Shown here one piece after another: positions 1 through 10,051 of a DNA stretch of 64,000 nt. A program made the position numbers and the translations under genes. The stretch spans positions 64,001 through 128,000 of the forward strand of contig JBBFKW010000003.1 of assembly GCA_037481835.1 (NCBI GenBank). The letters are read 5' to 3'. The DNA is from Desulfosoma sp. (GTDB lineage Bacteria > Desulfobacterota > Syntrophobacteria > Syntrophobacterales > DSM-9756). Within the stretch, counting starts at the first letter, position 1; each line of letters begins with the position of its first letter. The notes under the pieces are model-generated. The model searched no databases and was not told the DNA's origin. It saw nothing but the letters and a program-made list of their open reading frames with translations.

Positions 1-54
1 CATCCAAAGCGGCCGACGCGCCTTTCGAAGTTCGTCTATATTCAGGGTCAGCAT
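1..54 (-). CDS. 5' end of a gene running off the left edge (MLTLNIDELRKARRPLWM...)
   Basis: ATG at 54 on the minus strand, GGAGG RBS at 61-65, open to the window edge; too short to assign a product. Confidence 0.5.
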   Translation of the reverse strand, partial: MLTLNIDELRKARRPLWM

Positions 55-400
55 GGCCAACCTCCTTTGATTTCTTTGAGAATCCTTTCTCGTTCCTTCG
101 TTGCCCATACATTAAGATCGGCTGTGCCGCCGTCAAGGGGGGCGACGCTTCCCAAACCGCGAGGCCCGCGGCGAACCTTATTGACAGAGCCGCGCCGGCG
201 GTGCCATCATACAATCAATCGAGCGGCTTTGCCCTGTCCCCATCCATCGTGACTTATCCCCCTCGCGTTCCCTCTCCCGGACCTGCACCGGAAAGCAGAA
301 GAGCGGTATCGAGCTTGTCCGGCGGGATTTTGGCACCAGGTTACTGAAGGGATCGGCGATTCCCCCAGGAACAGGGCCGTCTACGGACCGGAGGGACTGG

Positions 401-2656
401 ATGACGGAAAAAATCCGTGGGTTTTTCCTCATCGATTCCAAGCTGAACGTCATTCACGTAAGTGACGCCCTGGCGCAGGACTTCGGGCTCGCCCTCGGGT
501 TCCGCGCCACGCGTTGGAGTGTGGAAAAGTTCCTGAAAAGCCTGGGCTGTCATGTCACGATTCGGGAAATCGCCGCCCACCTTCATCGCAATGCCCAAAA
601 AACGCTGCACTGGCGAGGGCGGCCCGATCCCGAGGGCGATTCCTTGTCCGTGGTTCTGGAACCCGTTCCCATTAAGGACAAGGTGGCCTTTGTGGGCATG
701 GTGGTGTCGGGGAATGCCGACACATCGGAAAGAATGTCGGCTTCCGCAGGCCACAGTGTGCTCCAATGGGCCATGGACAGCCTGCGCGAAGGGTTTTTCG
801 TCGTGGAGGCCCGATCCAAGATTATCGTGTATGCCAACAACGCCTTTCACCGAAAGCGCGGCTTGAGGCCCCCCCTCGCCGTGGGCACCCCCTGTTACCA
901 GGCTGTTCGAGGGCTGGAACGGCCCTGCGCCGCCTACGGCCGACCGTGCCCTCTCGAGACCTTGGGCCCGGACGGGCCCATCGCCTATTGCCCCAATGGG
1001 GATGGCCATCAAAACGGATCGGCGTTGGTGCACTTGAGTCCCCTGAGCGACGCAGGGGAGGGAAACTATGTGGCGGGCTTGGAGTGGAGTGGCATGGAAG
1101 GGGTCCCCGTGGATCCGTCCAACCGTGAGGGTCGATTCACAGAAGGCCGAGTCAGCGGTTGCGAACCCACCCTCGGCGGCCGGGCCCCGTCCTACCGAAG
1201 GTTGAGGGAAATCGTCGAAGAAGCGGCCAGGGCGGTGTCCCTGAGCGCCATGGTCCAGGCACTGACGGAGGCTTTACGGCGCGATCTCGGTCCGGTGGAC
1301 GTGATCTTCATTGTGCCGGATGCTGCGGGCAAAGGCCACCTGGTCGTCTCGGAAGCCCACGTGACGGACAGTCGGGTCTTACAAAATCTTCGAAATGTGT
1401 TTTCCGAAGGGGCCAGAGCGCGACCGGTCTTCGAGGCGTTCCACAGGGCGGCGCAGGGCGCAGGCGAAGGGGCGGCGGCCGAACTGAACAAGACCCTTGG
1501 GCCTTGGACCGGTCCCTTAAAAGTTCTCGGGCATGGAACCTTGGGGACTCCGGAAAGGCCTTCCGGCTATTACCTCGTGCTGTCCGCCGAGTCCCAAAGG
1601 CCGGTTCAAGACGTGCGTTGTTTCCTTGAAGCGCTCTTCGCCTTGATCGCCGGCCCCATGAAACGCCTCATCGTGGAAGAAGCCGCCGTTGAAGGCGCCT
1701 CGTTCCAGGAGGCGGACCTGTCCGGAAGGGACGGGATTATCGGCCGAAGCAAGGAAATGCGCGATGTTTACGAACTCATCGATCTCGTGGCCGCCTCCGA
1801 CGCCACCGTCCTCATCACCGGCGAAAACGGGACGGGCAAGGAGCTGGTGGCCCAAGCCATACACAACCGAAGCCACCGCAAGAAGGGTCCTTTCATCGTC
1901 GCCCATTGTTCCGCCTATTCGCCCACGCTGCTGGAAAGCGAACTGTTCGGTCATGAAAAAGGGGCGTTCACAGGGGCCATCCGCCGCAAGATGGGCCGCA
2001 TCGAAAGGGCGCAGGGCGGCACCTTGTTTCTCGACGAAATCGGAGACATCGCCCCGGCCACCCAGGTGCTGCTCCTTCGCTTTCTTCAGGACCACCGCTT
2101 CGAAAGGGTCGGCGGAGAAGCCACCTTGCAGGCCGATGTGCGGGTGCTGGCGGCCACCAACCGTAATCTCTTGGATGAAGTGGAAAACGGCCGGTTCCGG
2201 GACGACCTGTACTACCGGTTGAATGTCATCTCCATTCATCTTCCCCCTCTTCGGGACCGCAAGGAAGACATCCCGCTCCTGTGCCATTATTTCCTCAAGA
2301 AATACAGCGCCAAGGAAGGGAAACCCATCACGAGCTTTTCTTCCGGAGCGTTGCAGGCCCTCATGGACTACGATTGGCCCGGCAATGTGCGGCAGTTGGA
2401 AAACGCCGTGAGCCACGCGGTCATCCTGGCCCAGGAAGAGATCATTCGACGCCAACACCTGCCCCGTTTCCTCTTCCAGGCCCACGATCCTGCTCCGGCC
2501 GCCTCCCTGTCGGAAAACGAAAAAAGACTCATCCTCCAGGTCCTTCGCCAAACCCAGTGGAACAAACACGAAGCGGCCCGAAAGCTCCAAGTGAGCCGAA
2601 GCACCCTCTACAGCAAGATCCAGCGCTACGGTCTTCATCCGGAATCCGGCGTCTAG
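401..2656 (+). CDS. Sigma54-dependent transcriptional activator (PAS/GAF-like input, AAA+, Fis-type HTH)
   Basis: GENGTGKE Walker [32 protein letters not shown]-terminal [26 protein letters not shown]. Confidence 0.95.
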   Translation: MTEKIRGFFLIDSKLNVIHVSDALAQDFGLALGFRATRWSVEKFLKSLGCHVTIREIAAHLHRNAQKTLHWRGRPDPEGDSLSVVLEPVPIKDKVAFVGMVVSGNADTSERMSASAGHSVLQWAMDSLREGFFVVEARSKIIVYANNAFHRKRGLRPPLAVGTPCYQAVRGLERPCAAYGRPCPLETLGPDGPIAYCPNGDGHQNGSALVHLSPLSDAGEGNYVAGLEWSGMEGVPVDPSNREGRFTEGRVSGCEPTLGGRAPSYRRLREIVEEAARAVSLSAMVQALTEALRRDLGPVDVIFIVPDAAGKGHLVVSEAHVTDSRVLQNLRNVFSEGARARPVFEAFHRAAQGAGEGAAAELNKTLGPWTGPLKVLGHGTLGTPERPSGYYLVLSAESQRPVQDVRCFLEALFALIAGPMKRLIVEEAAVEGASFQEADLSGRDGIIGRSKEMRDVYELIDLVAASDATVLITGENGTGKELVAQAIHNRSHRKKGPFIVAHCSAYSPTLLESELFGHEKGAFTGAIRRKMGRIERAQGGTLFLDEIGDIAPATQVLLLRFLQDHRFERVGGEATLQADVRVLAATNRNLLDEVENGRFRDDLYYRLNVISIHLPPLRDRKEDIPLLCHYFLKKYSAKEGKPITSFSSGALQALMDYDWPGNVRQLENAVSHAVILAQEEIIRRQHLPRFLFQAHDPAPAASLSENEKRLILQVLRQTQWNKHEAARKLQVSRSTLYSKIQRYGLHPESGV

Positions 2657-2885
2657 AATGTGGATTGTAGGGTCTGAAATAGGACAAATATTCTATCAAG
2701 CGTATTATCCGGCTCTTGTATCCACTAGAGCGAGTCATGGCGTCGGATTCCGGTCGATCCGGCGGGCCTGCGAGCCCCCTTCAACCGGGGGGATGGGGGC
2801 GGCCCGAGCCCGGAGGACTTTTCAAGGTCTTGAAAACATGCGGAGAAAGAATGCGTGAAATGAAGCACAACATAAGAGGCGTGGG

Positions 2886-2902
2886 CTGGCTCGGATTTTG
2901 TA
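2886..2902 (+). promoter_or_regulatory. Candidate sigma54 -24/-12 promoter for the CoA-transferase operon
   Basis: CTGGCTCGGATTTTGTA versus consensus YTGGCACG-N4-TTGCW (-12 is GT rather than GC); IHF-like TTTCAAGGTCTTG near 2820; adjacent to a sigma54 activator gene. Confidence 0.4.
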
Positions 2903-3344
2903 TAAAGTAAACGGACGATGATTCAGCGTGGTGGTCACGGCATGCGGATGGTTCCAGGAGCCGGAGCACTTCGGGCAGAAGCCCACTGTCCCATTCCTTC
3001 TCTTCACGCGATGCGGCGCATCCATTCCTGATTCCCAATCCTACGGCGGATCTTTTTCCACGGCGGTAAGCAAGCGGTCGCGTTGGCGCGCGAAAGCGCA
3101 CGGCGCATCGTGCGCCGTTTGAACGTTCCCTTGTTCGCCGCCCATGGGCGGGCAAGGGGCCGCGGAAGAGGCGTCATTCCCTTGAGAATCCCAAGGTGTC
3201 CAAATTTATAAGGAAGGGGGGTGGGAGTCGGCCAAAGAGCCTCACGAAGCGTGGGGAACCCGGGAAAGCGGCGGAAATCCCGGATCCCGAAAGTTGCAGC
3301 GAGAACGTGGTGGGGATGGTTCCGGAACTCAAGGAGGTTAAAAG

Positions 3345-4832
3345 ATGGCGAAAAAAGTTCGCGAAGTGGAAATTAACAGTCGGGAGGATACCCTGACATT
3401 GATGGGGCCGGATGTTCGGCCGTGGCCGGTCACGCCGCCTCCGTCCCCGGAGGAAGTGGCCGCCGTCTATGCCCGCAGGAAGGCGGAGGAGTTCGGCAAG
3501 TGGTGCGAGGACAATCTGCGCATCGAATATGCCAAGGGAAAACCCGAGGCCCTTCAGGGCGTGCGGGTCCTTTCCTGCGGCCTGTGGCGCATGGGCCATA
3601 AGTTCGCCGCGGGCCTTCTGGGGGAGCTGGGAGCGGAAGTGATTAACGTGGAGCCGCCCGAAGGGGATCCGCTCCGGAAGCTCACGCCCTTCGGCCGCGA
3701 AGAATACATGCTGGAAGACAAAAACGGCGACAAGTGCGGCTTGGATTTCATCCATGAACTGCGAAACGCCTATTCCGTGACCCTCAACCTGGAAACGGAA
3801 AAGGGCCGGGAACTCTACACCAAGCTCGCACAGCACGCCGACATCCTCATCGAGGAATACCCGCCGGGCTACATGGACCAACTGGGCATCGGATACCGGC
3901 AGCTGTCCCAGATCAACCCCAGGCTCATTTACTGCTGGATCGGCGAACACGGCCAGTGGGGGCCCATGAAAGACAAGGTTTCCAAGTACGGCCAGTGGAT
4001 GCTCGATCCCTTCGGCCAAGCGGCCTGCTCCTTCATCCACAACACGGGCTTTCCCGAAGACCTGCTCCCTCGCGGCAAGGGCGGCGATCCCACCCGTTCC
4101 GGGGTGTGGTTTGCCGACTACGTGGCCGGGGAACAGACGGCGGTGAACGCCCTGGCGGCCCTTTTCTGGCGAGACGAGTTCAGCGGGGAAGGCCAGTTCA
4201 TCGAGACCACGGCCGCCGAAGCCCTTATGGACATTCTGGACTTCGACATCACGTGGTACGGGTTCAACAAGAGCATCAAGGCCCGAACGGGCGGTTGGGA
4301 CCCCAACTTAAACCAGTACGCCTGGAACCCGTGTAAAGACGGCTACATGATGATCGGCGGCCAGACGGACCGCCTGTGGTACCGCATCGGCATGTGCATC
4401 GAGCGGGAGCTGCCCATCTTCGGGCGCCTTATCCACGAAGACCCGCTCTTGAAAGAAATGGCCGCCCGCAACGCCCTCCAGGCCCTCACCAAAACCTACA
4501 CCATGACCACCATGTGGCTGAGGAACATCAACCGCGTGGAAGCCGAAGAAAAACTTATGCAGTACGAAATCGCGGCCGGTCCGCTGCTCTACATCGACGA
4601 AGTGGCCGAGTTCCCGCACTTCAAGTATCGGCCGTGGGTGAACGTGCTGGAAGATGAGGAATACGGCACCCTCATGTATGCCGAGTCCACCAACGCCTAC
4701 CAGATGCGGACTCCGGCCCGCGTGAAGTGGCTCGGGCGGCCTCTGGGCAAGGACAACGCCGAGATTTTCATGAAATACATCGGCTTGGGGCAAACCGAAT
4801 TGAGGGAACTCAAGGAACAAGGAGTGGTCTAA
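3345..4832 (+). CDS. Class III (CaiB/BaiF) CoA-transferase-like protein, subunit A
   Basis: LQGVRVL...[37 protein letters not shown]...NPRLIY, catalytic-position Asp in FADYVAG; AGGAGG RBS. Confidence 0.88.
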   Translation: MAKKVREVEINSREDTLTLMGPDVRPWPVTPPPSPEEVAAVYARRKAEEFGKWCEDNLRIEYAKGKPEALQGVRVLSCGLWRMGHKFAAGLLGELGAEVINVEPPEGDPLRKLTPFGREEYMLEDKNGDKCGLDFIHELRNAYSVTLNLETEKGRELYTKLAQHADILIEEYPPGYMDQLGIGYRQLSQINPRLIYCWIGEHGQWGPMKDKVSKYGQWMLDPFGQAACSFIHNTGFPEDLLPRGKGGDPTRSGVWFADYVAGEQTAVNALAALFWRDEFSGEGQFIETTAAEALMDILDFDITWYGFNKSIKARTGGWDPNLNQYAWNPCKDGYMMIGGQTDRLWYRIGMCIERELPIFGRLIHEDPLLKEMAARNALQALTKTYTMTTMWLRNINRVEAEEKLMQYEIAAGPLLYIDEVAEFPHFKYRPWVNVLEDEEYGTLMYAESTNAYQMRTPARVKWLGRPLGKDNAEIFMKYIGLGQTELRELKEQGVV

Positions 4833-4833
4833 G

Positions 4834-6246
4834 ATGAAAGATCAGCGAGTGACCCGAATCGAAGATCTGCCGGGGCCCAAGAGTCAGGGGGAACTGGAAG
4901 AGATGAAGATGCCCTATGAGGAGTATTGCCGGAAGGTCTTCGCCCCGGGGCAGGAGAAGACCAAGCCGGAATCCCTCAAGGGCATCCGGTGGCTCAGCAC
5001 CACCATGTACATCTTCACGCCCCACTCCGTGGCCAACCTGGCCGAACTGGGGGCGGAATGCATCAAGGTGGAGATGCCGCGCATGGGCGACCCCATGAGG
5101 CACACGTCGCCCTTCAATGAGTGTTATCTCTATCCGCTCCATGACAGCCGTCCCATGACGGGAACCGGCCTGGGGTTCACCAACGCCAACCCCAACGAAT
5201 ACTACATCTCCATGGACTATCACGTGCCGGAGATGAAAGAAGCTTTTTACCGGCTCGTGAAACTGTCCGACGGCCTGACCGAATGTTACCGCCCCGGAAC
5301 TTTCGACCGCTGGAAACAGAGCTACCGGTATCTCCAGGAGCTCAATCCGCGGTTCATCTACGTCTGGGGCGGCGGTTTCGGTTACGGCCCCAAGGTCTTC
5401 GGCGGCTCCTACGACATCCTCGGGCAGGCCCACGCCGGCTTGGCCAGCGTCACGGGCTTCCATGAAGACTTCGGCGGCCACTGCACCAAGCACTCCAACT
5501 GGTGTATCGACTGGTATTCGGGAACCCAGATCACGGTGGCCATCTTGGCGGCCCTGTATTGGCGCCGCAAGACGGGTCTGGGCACCATGATCGAATTTTC
5601 TCAGGTCCAGGCGGCCACCCGTTGCCTCGGCTACACGGTGCCTCTCTACGGCCGGTTCGGCATCGTCCGCCAACGGTGGGGCAACTGGGATACCCAGCTG
5701 TGCGTCCACGGGATCATCCTGTGCGGCAAGAGCGATTATCCCGATGAGCCCAACCCGCAGCTCAAGTACGAAGCCCGCTACGCCGTGGTGAGCGCCTTCA
5801 ACGATCCGGACTTCAAGGAACTGTGCGCCATCATCGGCCGAAATGACCTCTGGGATCAGTACAAGACCCTGCAGCAGCGTGTGCGGCCTCAGGCCCAGAT
5901 CGCCATTTACAAGGCCCTGGAAGAGTGGGCGGCGGACAAGACCCGCTCCCAGGTGGTGAAAACCTTGACCGACGCCGGGCTCCTCGCCATGCCCGTCATG
6001 AACGACAAGGAAGTGTACGAGTGCGAGCACTTCCGTCAGAGGGGCACCATCCGGTGGCTGGATGATCCGGTCTTCGGCGATGTGCTCATCCAGAGCGGCT
6101 ACAGCTGCGGCCTCATGAGCAAGACCCCTCGCCGGGTCAACTGGATCTGGCGGCCGGTGGGGGCCGACAATGTGAAGATCTACCACGAAATGCTCGGGTA
6201 CCCCATGAGCAAGATCGAAGAGTGGTACGAAAAGAACCTCATCTAG
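4834..6246 (+). CDS. Class III (CaiB/BaiF) CoA-transferase-like protein, subunit B
   Basis: [22 protein letters not shown]...[29 protein letters not shown]...[15 protein letters not shown]; 1 nt after subunit A. Confidence 0.88.
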   Translation: MKDQRVTRIEDLPGPKSQGELEEMKMPYEEYCRKVFAPGQEKTKPESLKGIRWLSTTMYIFTPHSVANLAELGAECIKVEMPRMGDPMRHTSPFNECYLYPLHDSRPMTGTGLGFTNANPNEYYISMDYHVPEMKEAFYRLVKLSDGLTECYRPGTFDRWKQSYRYLQELNPRFIYVWGGGFGYGPKVFGGSYDILGQAHAGLASVTGFHEDFGGHCTKHSNWCIDWYSGTQITVAILAALYWRRKTGLGTMIEFSQVQAATRCLGYTVPLYGRFGIVRQRWGNWDTQLCVHGIILCGKSDYPDEPNPQLKYEARYAVVSAFNDPDFKELCAIIGRNDLWDQYKTLQQRVRPQAQIAIYKALEEWAADKTRSQVVKTLTDAGLLAMPVMNDKEVYECEHFRQRGTIRWLDDPVFGDVLIQSGYSCGLMSKTPRRVNWIWRPVGADNVKIYHEMLGYPMSKIEEWYEKNLI

Positions 6247-6262
6247 AGGGGAGGAGCGGCCG

Positions 6263-6730
6263 ATGTGTGACATCATTTGGTGCAAAGAGTGTGATACGGT
6301 CAATTACCTGGATCCGTATTACTTCTGGAATTGGGAAGGCAAGATCAAGTGTGCCGGCTGTGAAAACGTCTATTACATTTACATGATCCAGGGGCACATG
6401 TACAAAGGGCCGGACAAAAAACCCGGGGAAAAGCCGGACATTCTGCCCGTCTACGCAGACAAACCCAACGACGGCTATGAACAGATCCTTCCCGGAACGC
6501 CGGGGAAGACCCGTCCTTACAACTGCTTGCCGCGCCACATCTACCTGGGCCGGGCCGACATGGTGAAATTCAGCGCCCGAGGCCGCCCCGTGCGCGGGTG
6601 GCGTCCCCAGCCGCCGTCCACGGGTGTGGCGGGATCCTGCGGCTTTACGTGGGATATCCAAAAACTTTCGCCTGAAGTGTGGCAGGAATACCAGGAAAAG
6701 ATCAAAAAGGGCGAAGTGGGTGAGTGGTAA
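6263..6730 (+). CDS. Hypothetical protein with N-terminal zinc ribbon (CxxC-x19-CxxC)
   Basis: CKEC...CAGC; GGAGGAG RBS; same-strand operon spacing. Confidence 0.75.
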   Translation: MCDIIWCKECDTVNYLDPYYFWNWEGKIKCAGCENVYYIYMIQGHMYKGPDKKPGEKPDILPVYADKPNDGYEQILPGTPGKTRPYNCLPRHIYLGRADMVKFSARGRPVRGWRPQPPSTGVAGSCGFTWDIQKLSPEVWQEYQEKIKKGEVGEW

Positions 6731-6750
6731 AAGAAAGGAGTGGTGCGACC

Positions 6751-6978
6751 ATGGCAGAGTTGACTCCCCGGCAATTTCTCGACACCGTCCTGGTGCCCGA
6801 GAAGCAGAGCGACCATATTTGCTGGCAGTGCCTCCATCTGAAACCGGCCCTCAAGGGGTCCAAGTTTCCTCCGGCCGACATCATCGGCTGGTGCAAGAAG
6901 ATTCACTGGCCTCACTATTGGTGTGTGGCGGACTTCAACGTGGTGAAAAAATGCTTCGCCTTTGAAGCCAAACAGTAG
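6751..6978 (+). CDS. Small Cys/His/Trp-rich protein (75 aa), possible metal or Fe-S binder
   Basis: AAGGAG RBS then ATG 6751; CWQCLH...GWCKKIHWPHYWC...KC. Confidence 0.7.
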   Translation: MAELTPRQFLDTVLVPEKQSDHICWQCLHLKPALKGSKFPPADIIGWCKKIHWPHYWCVADFNVVKKCFAFEAKQ

Positions 6979-6985
6979 GACGGCC

Positions 6986-7282
6986 ATGCACGAAGCAATG
7001 TTGGAACAGGCACGGATCTTTGCGGCCCAGGAACTGGAACGGCTCAAGTCCATGGTGCTCACCTGGAAGGCCAGCTACCTGGACATGGCCGACGGCGACG
7101 GCCACGATGATTTCCTCGTGTTGGAATTCGCCCACGAGATCGAGGAATACATGGGCCCATTCGTCCGGCGGATGCACATGACCCAACAGTTGGACGACGA
7201 TCAGGTGAGCGCCTTTTGGGACTTTTGTTACGGGCAGGTCAAGGACCTGCGGTCGTCTCTATCGACGCAAGAGGAGGGTTAG
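6986..7282 (+). CDS. Hypothetical acidic helical protein (98 aa)
   Basis: AGGA RBS, ATG 6986, tight spacing to both neighbours. Confidence 0.65.
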   Translation: MHEAMLEQARIFAAQELERLKSMVLTWKASYLDMADGDGHDDFLVLEFAHEIEEYMGPFVRRMHMTQQLDDDQVSAFWDFCYGQVKDLRSSLSTQEEG

Positions 7283-7283
7283 C

Positions 7284-7703
7284 ATGCCCGAAAAATGCCG
7301 AGTGAGCGTGTGCGGATTCGACCCCATGCTGGTCCGGGGTTATGTGAAGACGGGCTACAGGGCCCTGTGGTGGTACTTGCCGGATGACGTCTACAACGAC
7401 TTCAAGGTCAAACCCGGCGACAAGGTCATCGGACGGCTCCTGGCGGTCTACAACCCCAAGGGGGAAAAGACGGCGGAGCCCAACGAAGATTTTCGTTGGG
7501 AAGCCAGCAAGGAAACGGGCTACGCCGTGCTGCTGCCGCCCGAGGTCATCACCAAGTACGAACTCACCGAGTTTCATTTCATCGAGCTCGTGATCAACAA
7601 GATCAACGAAGCCGATGTCTATCCCGGTGAGGAAAAGAAAACCAAGTGGTGGCCGAAGGAAAAAATGAAACTGAGCTATTTCCTGCCCTACGCGGCGCCG
7701 TAA
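7284..7703 (+). CDS. Hypothetical protein with GD-box (AbrB/RIFT-barrel-like) repeat
   Basis: GAGGAGG RBS; LPDDVYNDFKVKPGDKV and a second LPPEVITKYEL...IEL unit; fold is inference. Confidence 0.7.
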   Translation: MPEKCRVSVCGFDPMLVRGYVKTGYRALWWYLPDDVYNDFKVKPGDKVIGRLLAVYNPKGEKTAEPNEDFRWEASKETGYAVLLPPEVITKYELTEFHFIELVINKINEADVYPGEEKKTKWWPKEKMKLSYFLPYAAP

Positions 7704-7896
7704 GACACGGTGGGGAAAGCCGTCGATGGTGCGGGCGCGCTCCGTGACAAGCGGCCTTCCCCATGCAAACGTCGCCCGGGTCGCCGACTCTGTGAACCCA
7801 GCGGGTCGGCGGCCCGCCGCGCGCTTCCCTCCCTGACGGGAATCCTGCCGCTGCTCCGAGAAACTGGATGATTATCGGTGACGACGTGAGTTCGAA

Positions 7897-9150
7897 ATGC
7901 TGCCTGATGGAAAGGACCTTCGCATGTTAGCGACCCCCCAGGAAAACGACTACGAAAACCTTCAGTGCACTCCCTACGAATTGGAAAAACCCACTCAAGG
8001 CTGGACGCGTTTGGCCCAGATGACCGAAGAATCGGAGCCGCTTTTCGAGAGCACCTGGTTTCTCGAGGGGTACAATTTTTCTTCCAACATCTACATCGTC
8101 CAGGATGACGGTCTCACCGTCATTGACCCGGGAAACGACTACACAGCCTATCTCCAGTTTTTCGACTTGGGACTGGACCCGGCTTCCGTCACACGGGTCG
8201 TCATTACCCACGGGCATTTCGATCATGCCATGGGCGTCCTGGAACTGTGCAATTACCGGGGGATCCGCGAAAAGAAGACGATGGAGATCGTCATGCACGA
8301 AGCCGGCCCGGAAGAGCTCAAGAAGAACCTGGAGCCTTTGGGTTTTCCCGTGCGTTTTGTCCAGGGTGGGGAAACCCTTCACACGGGCCGGTTTGCTCTG
8401 GAGGTGGTCCATACCCCGGGCCATACCTTCGACGGGATCTGCCTTTACCACAAGGATTCGAAAAGCCTCTTCAGCGGGGATGCCGTGCTCCCCCACGGCC
8501 TTTCGGCGCCGGACAAGCACGGCGGCGGACGCCTGGACCACATGCTCCAGGCCTTCAGAACCCTGCGACGCATGGATATCGCCCATGTCCTTCCCGGGCA
8601 TGGGTGGCCGGTTTTCGGTTTGGGCCCGAGGCTCTTGGAGGCCAGCTACGAGGAAATGATCAAGCACCTGCTGGGGGTGAGTCGGGAGGTTTCCTGCGAG
8701 GAGGCCGCCCGGCACCTGATCGGCAAAGGCTGTCTGGAAGAAGCCTTGTACTGCGCCGAAAAGTCCATCCGCTGCAATCCGGGGGACGCTTCGGCCTTGC
8801 GCGTGAAGGTCCTGTGCCTGAACGACATGGGCCGGTTCGACGAGGCCCTGCAAACCCTCGAGGGGCTGCAGGCAATCCTCCCGGGCTCGCACCAAGACGA
8901 CGAGGGGCGCTTCCAAGCCCTCGCCCGCGGTTATGCTCTCATGGGCTTGGGACGCTACGAAGAGGCCGTCACCGCTTTCGATGAAGTGCTCCGTCGCCAT
9001 GGGGACGTGAAGGAAGCCCAGATCTACAAGGGGATGGCCTTGTACCTTTCGGGGCGCCAAGACGATGCCATGGACATTGAGCCTTTCCGAAGCGAATTCG
9101 TGGGGCGGTTCAAAGAGGAGCTGATGCAGAAGGTATCGCAAAAGGATTGA
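7897..9150 (+). CDS. Metallo-beta-lactamase-fold hydrolase with C-terminal TPR repeats
   Basis: THGHFDH, HTPGH, SGD, PGHG motifs; TPR-like helices (LGRYEEAVTAFDEVL); start uncertain. Confidence 0.88.
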   Translation: MLPDGKDLRMLATPQENDYENLQCTPYELEKPTQGWTRLAQMTEESEPLFESTWFLEGYNFSSNIYIVQDDGLTVIDPGNDYTAYLQFFDLGLDPASVTRVVITHGHFDHAMGVLELCNYRGIREKKTMEIVMHEAGPEELKKNLEPLGFPVRFVQGGETLHTGRFALEVVHTPGHTFDGICLYHKDSKSLFSGDAVLPHGLSAPDKHGGGRLDHMLQAFRTLRRMDIAHVLPGHGWPVFGLGPRLLEASYEEMIKHLLGVSREVSCEEAARHLIGKGCLEEALYCAEKSIRCNPGDASALRVKVLCLNDMGRFDEALQTLEGLQAILPGSHQDDEGRFQALARGYALMGLGRYEEAVTAFDEVLRRHGDVKEAQIYKGMALYLSGRQDDAMDIEPFRSEFVGRFKEELMQKVSQKD

Positions 9151-9249
9151 GCCGACTCGAAAGAGAAGGCTCCGGCGCTCGCTTTTCTCAGCAAGCTTCC
9201 GCGGTGCTCGAGGCCCTGGGCGGCCTCGGGGCGGCGGTGTGAAGAAAAG

Positions 9250-9699
9250 ATGGCATCCAAAAAGGAACCCTCAAAGGTCTTCTTGTGGGTTTCCCGCGAA
9301 GAGGTCCGTCTCCACGCGCTCGAAGCCCTGGCTCAAGTGGGGGCGCAGACGGAGAGCGTTGAAAGCTTGTCGGCTCTTCTGGAACGCCTCGGGGGTGTCG
9401 GTCGCGCCATCGTGATCCTTGACAGCGGGTCGATCCACCATCACGGCCCCACGATCTACGGGCGCATTCGTGCGGCGTGCAAGAGTTGCCGCCTCATCGT
9501 CTTGTGCGCCCAGGACTCCCGCGGGCTGATCCGCGAGGCCATGGAAGCCGGGGTGTACGGCTGCGTCGTCGAACCCTACGCCCCTTGGGAAATCCAGACC
9601 ATGGTCCGCCACATCCTCGCCGATTTCGACCATGAAGTCGTGAGCGCCACCAAGCCCCTCCCCAAGAGCAAAGCCGCGGACGAAATGCCCCACCGTTGA
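9250..9699 (+). CDS. Stand-alone atypical receiver-domain protein
   Basis: IVILDSGS and EAMEAGVYGCVVEPY match the receiver fold, but the conserved Lys is Glu and the N-terminal acidic pair is missing. Confidence 0.6.
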   Translation: MASKKEPSKVFLWVSREEVRLHALEALAQVGAQTESVESLSALLERLGGVGRAIVILDSGSIHHHGPTIYGRIRAACKSCRLIVLCAQDSRGLIREAMEAGVYGCVVEPYAPWEIQTMVRHILADFDHEVVSATKPLPKSKAADEMPHR

Positions 9700-9750
9700 G
9701 CCGGATCTTCCGCCCAACCACCCGTCATCAACCGTGTCTAGAAGAGTTTT

Positions 9751-9954
9751 GTTGGGGTTCGCTGCGCTCACCCCAACCTACGGGTTTGTTGTCGGGCGGC
9801 GGGATGAACATGTACGTTGGGACTGGCGGCGCTCACCCCAACCTGCAGCTCAAGCGCGATGCTGCGCAATTTTTGTTGGGGTTCGCTGCGCTCACCCCAA
9901 CCTACGGGTTTGTTGTGGAAGATGTAGGTTGGGGTGAGCGGAGCGAACCCCAAC
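9751..9954. repeat. Cluster of GTAG-type REP palindromes (9751-9781, degenerate 9812-9846, 9875-9905, inverted 9924-9954)
   Basis: 31-nt unit GTAGGTTGGGGTGAGCG(N)AGCGAACCCCAAC present in both orientations. Confidence 0.9.
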
Positions 9955-9999
9955 GCACAACAGGCTCGAGCATGGTTTTTTTCGCAGGAGGGGAGCCTG

Positions 10000-10028
10000 A
10001 AAAAAAGGGGCGGGAAAGATCCCGCCCC
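10000..10028 (-). terminator. Intrinsic terminator downstream of aor
   Basis: Minus strand GGGGCGGGA-TCTT-TCCCGCCCC followed by T7. Confidence 0.85.
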
Positions 10029-10051
10029 ATGTCCCAAGGCCGTGCAAAGGC

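Noticed and set aside
9751..9954. Possible CRISPR array (31-nt repeats with short spacers; also 57238-57392)
   Set aside because: Copies occur in both orientations, spacers are irregular, units are dispersed across the window and no cas genes are present; they fit REPs
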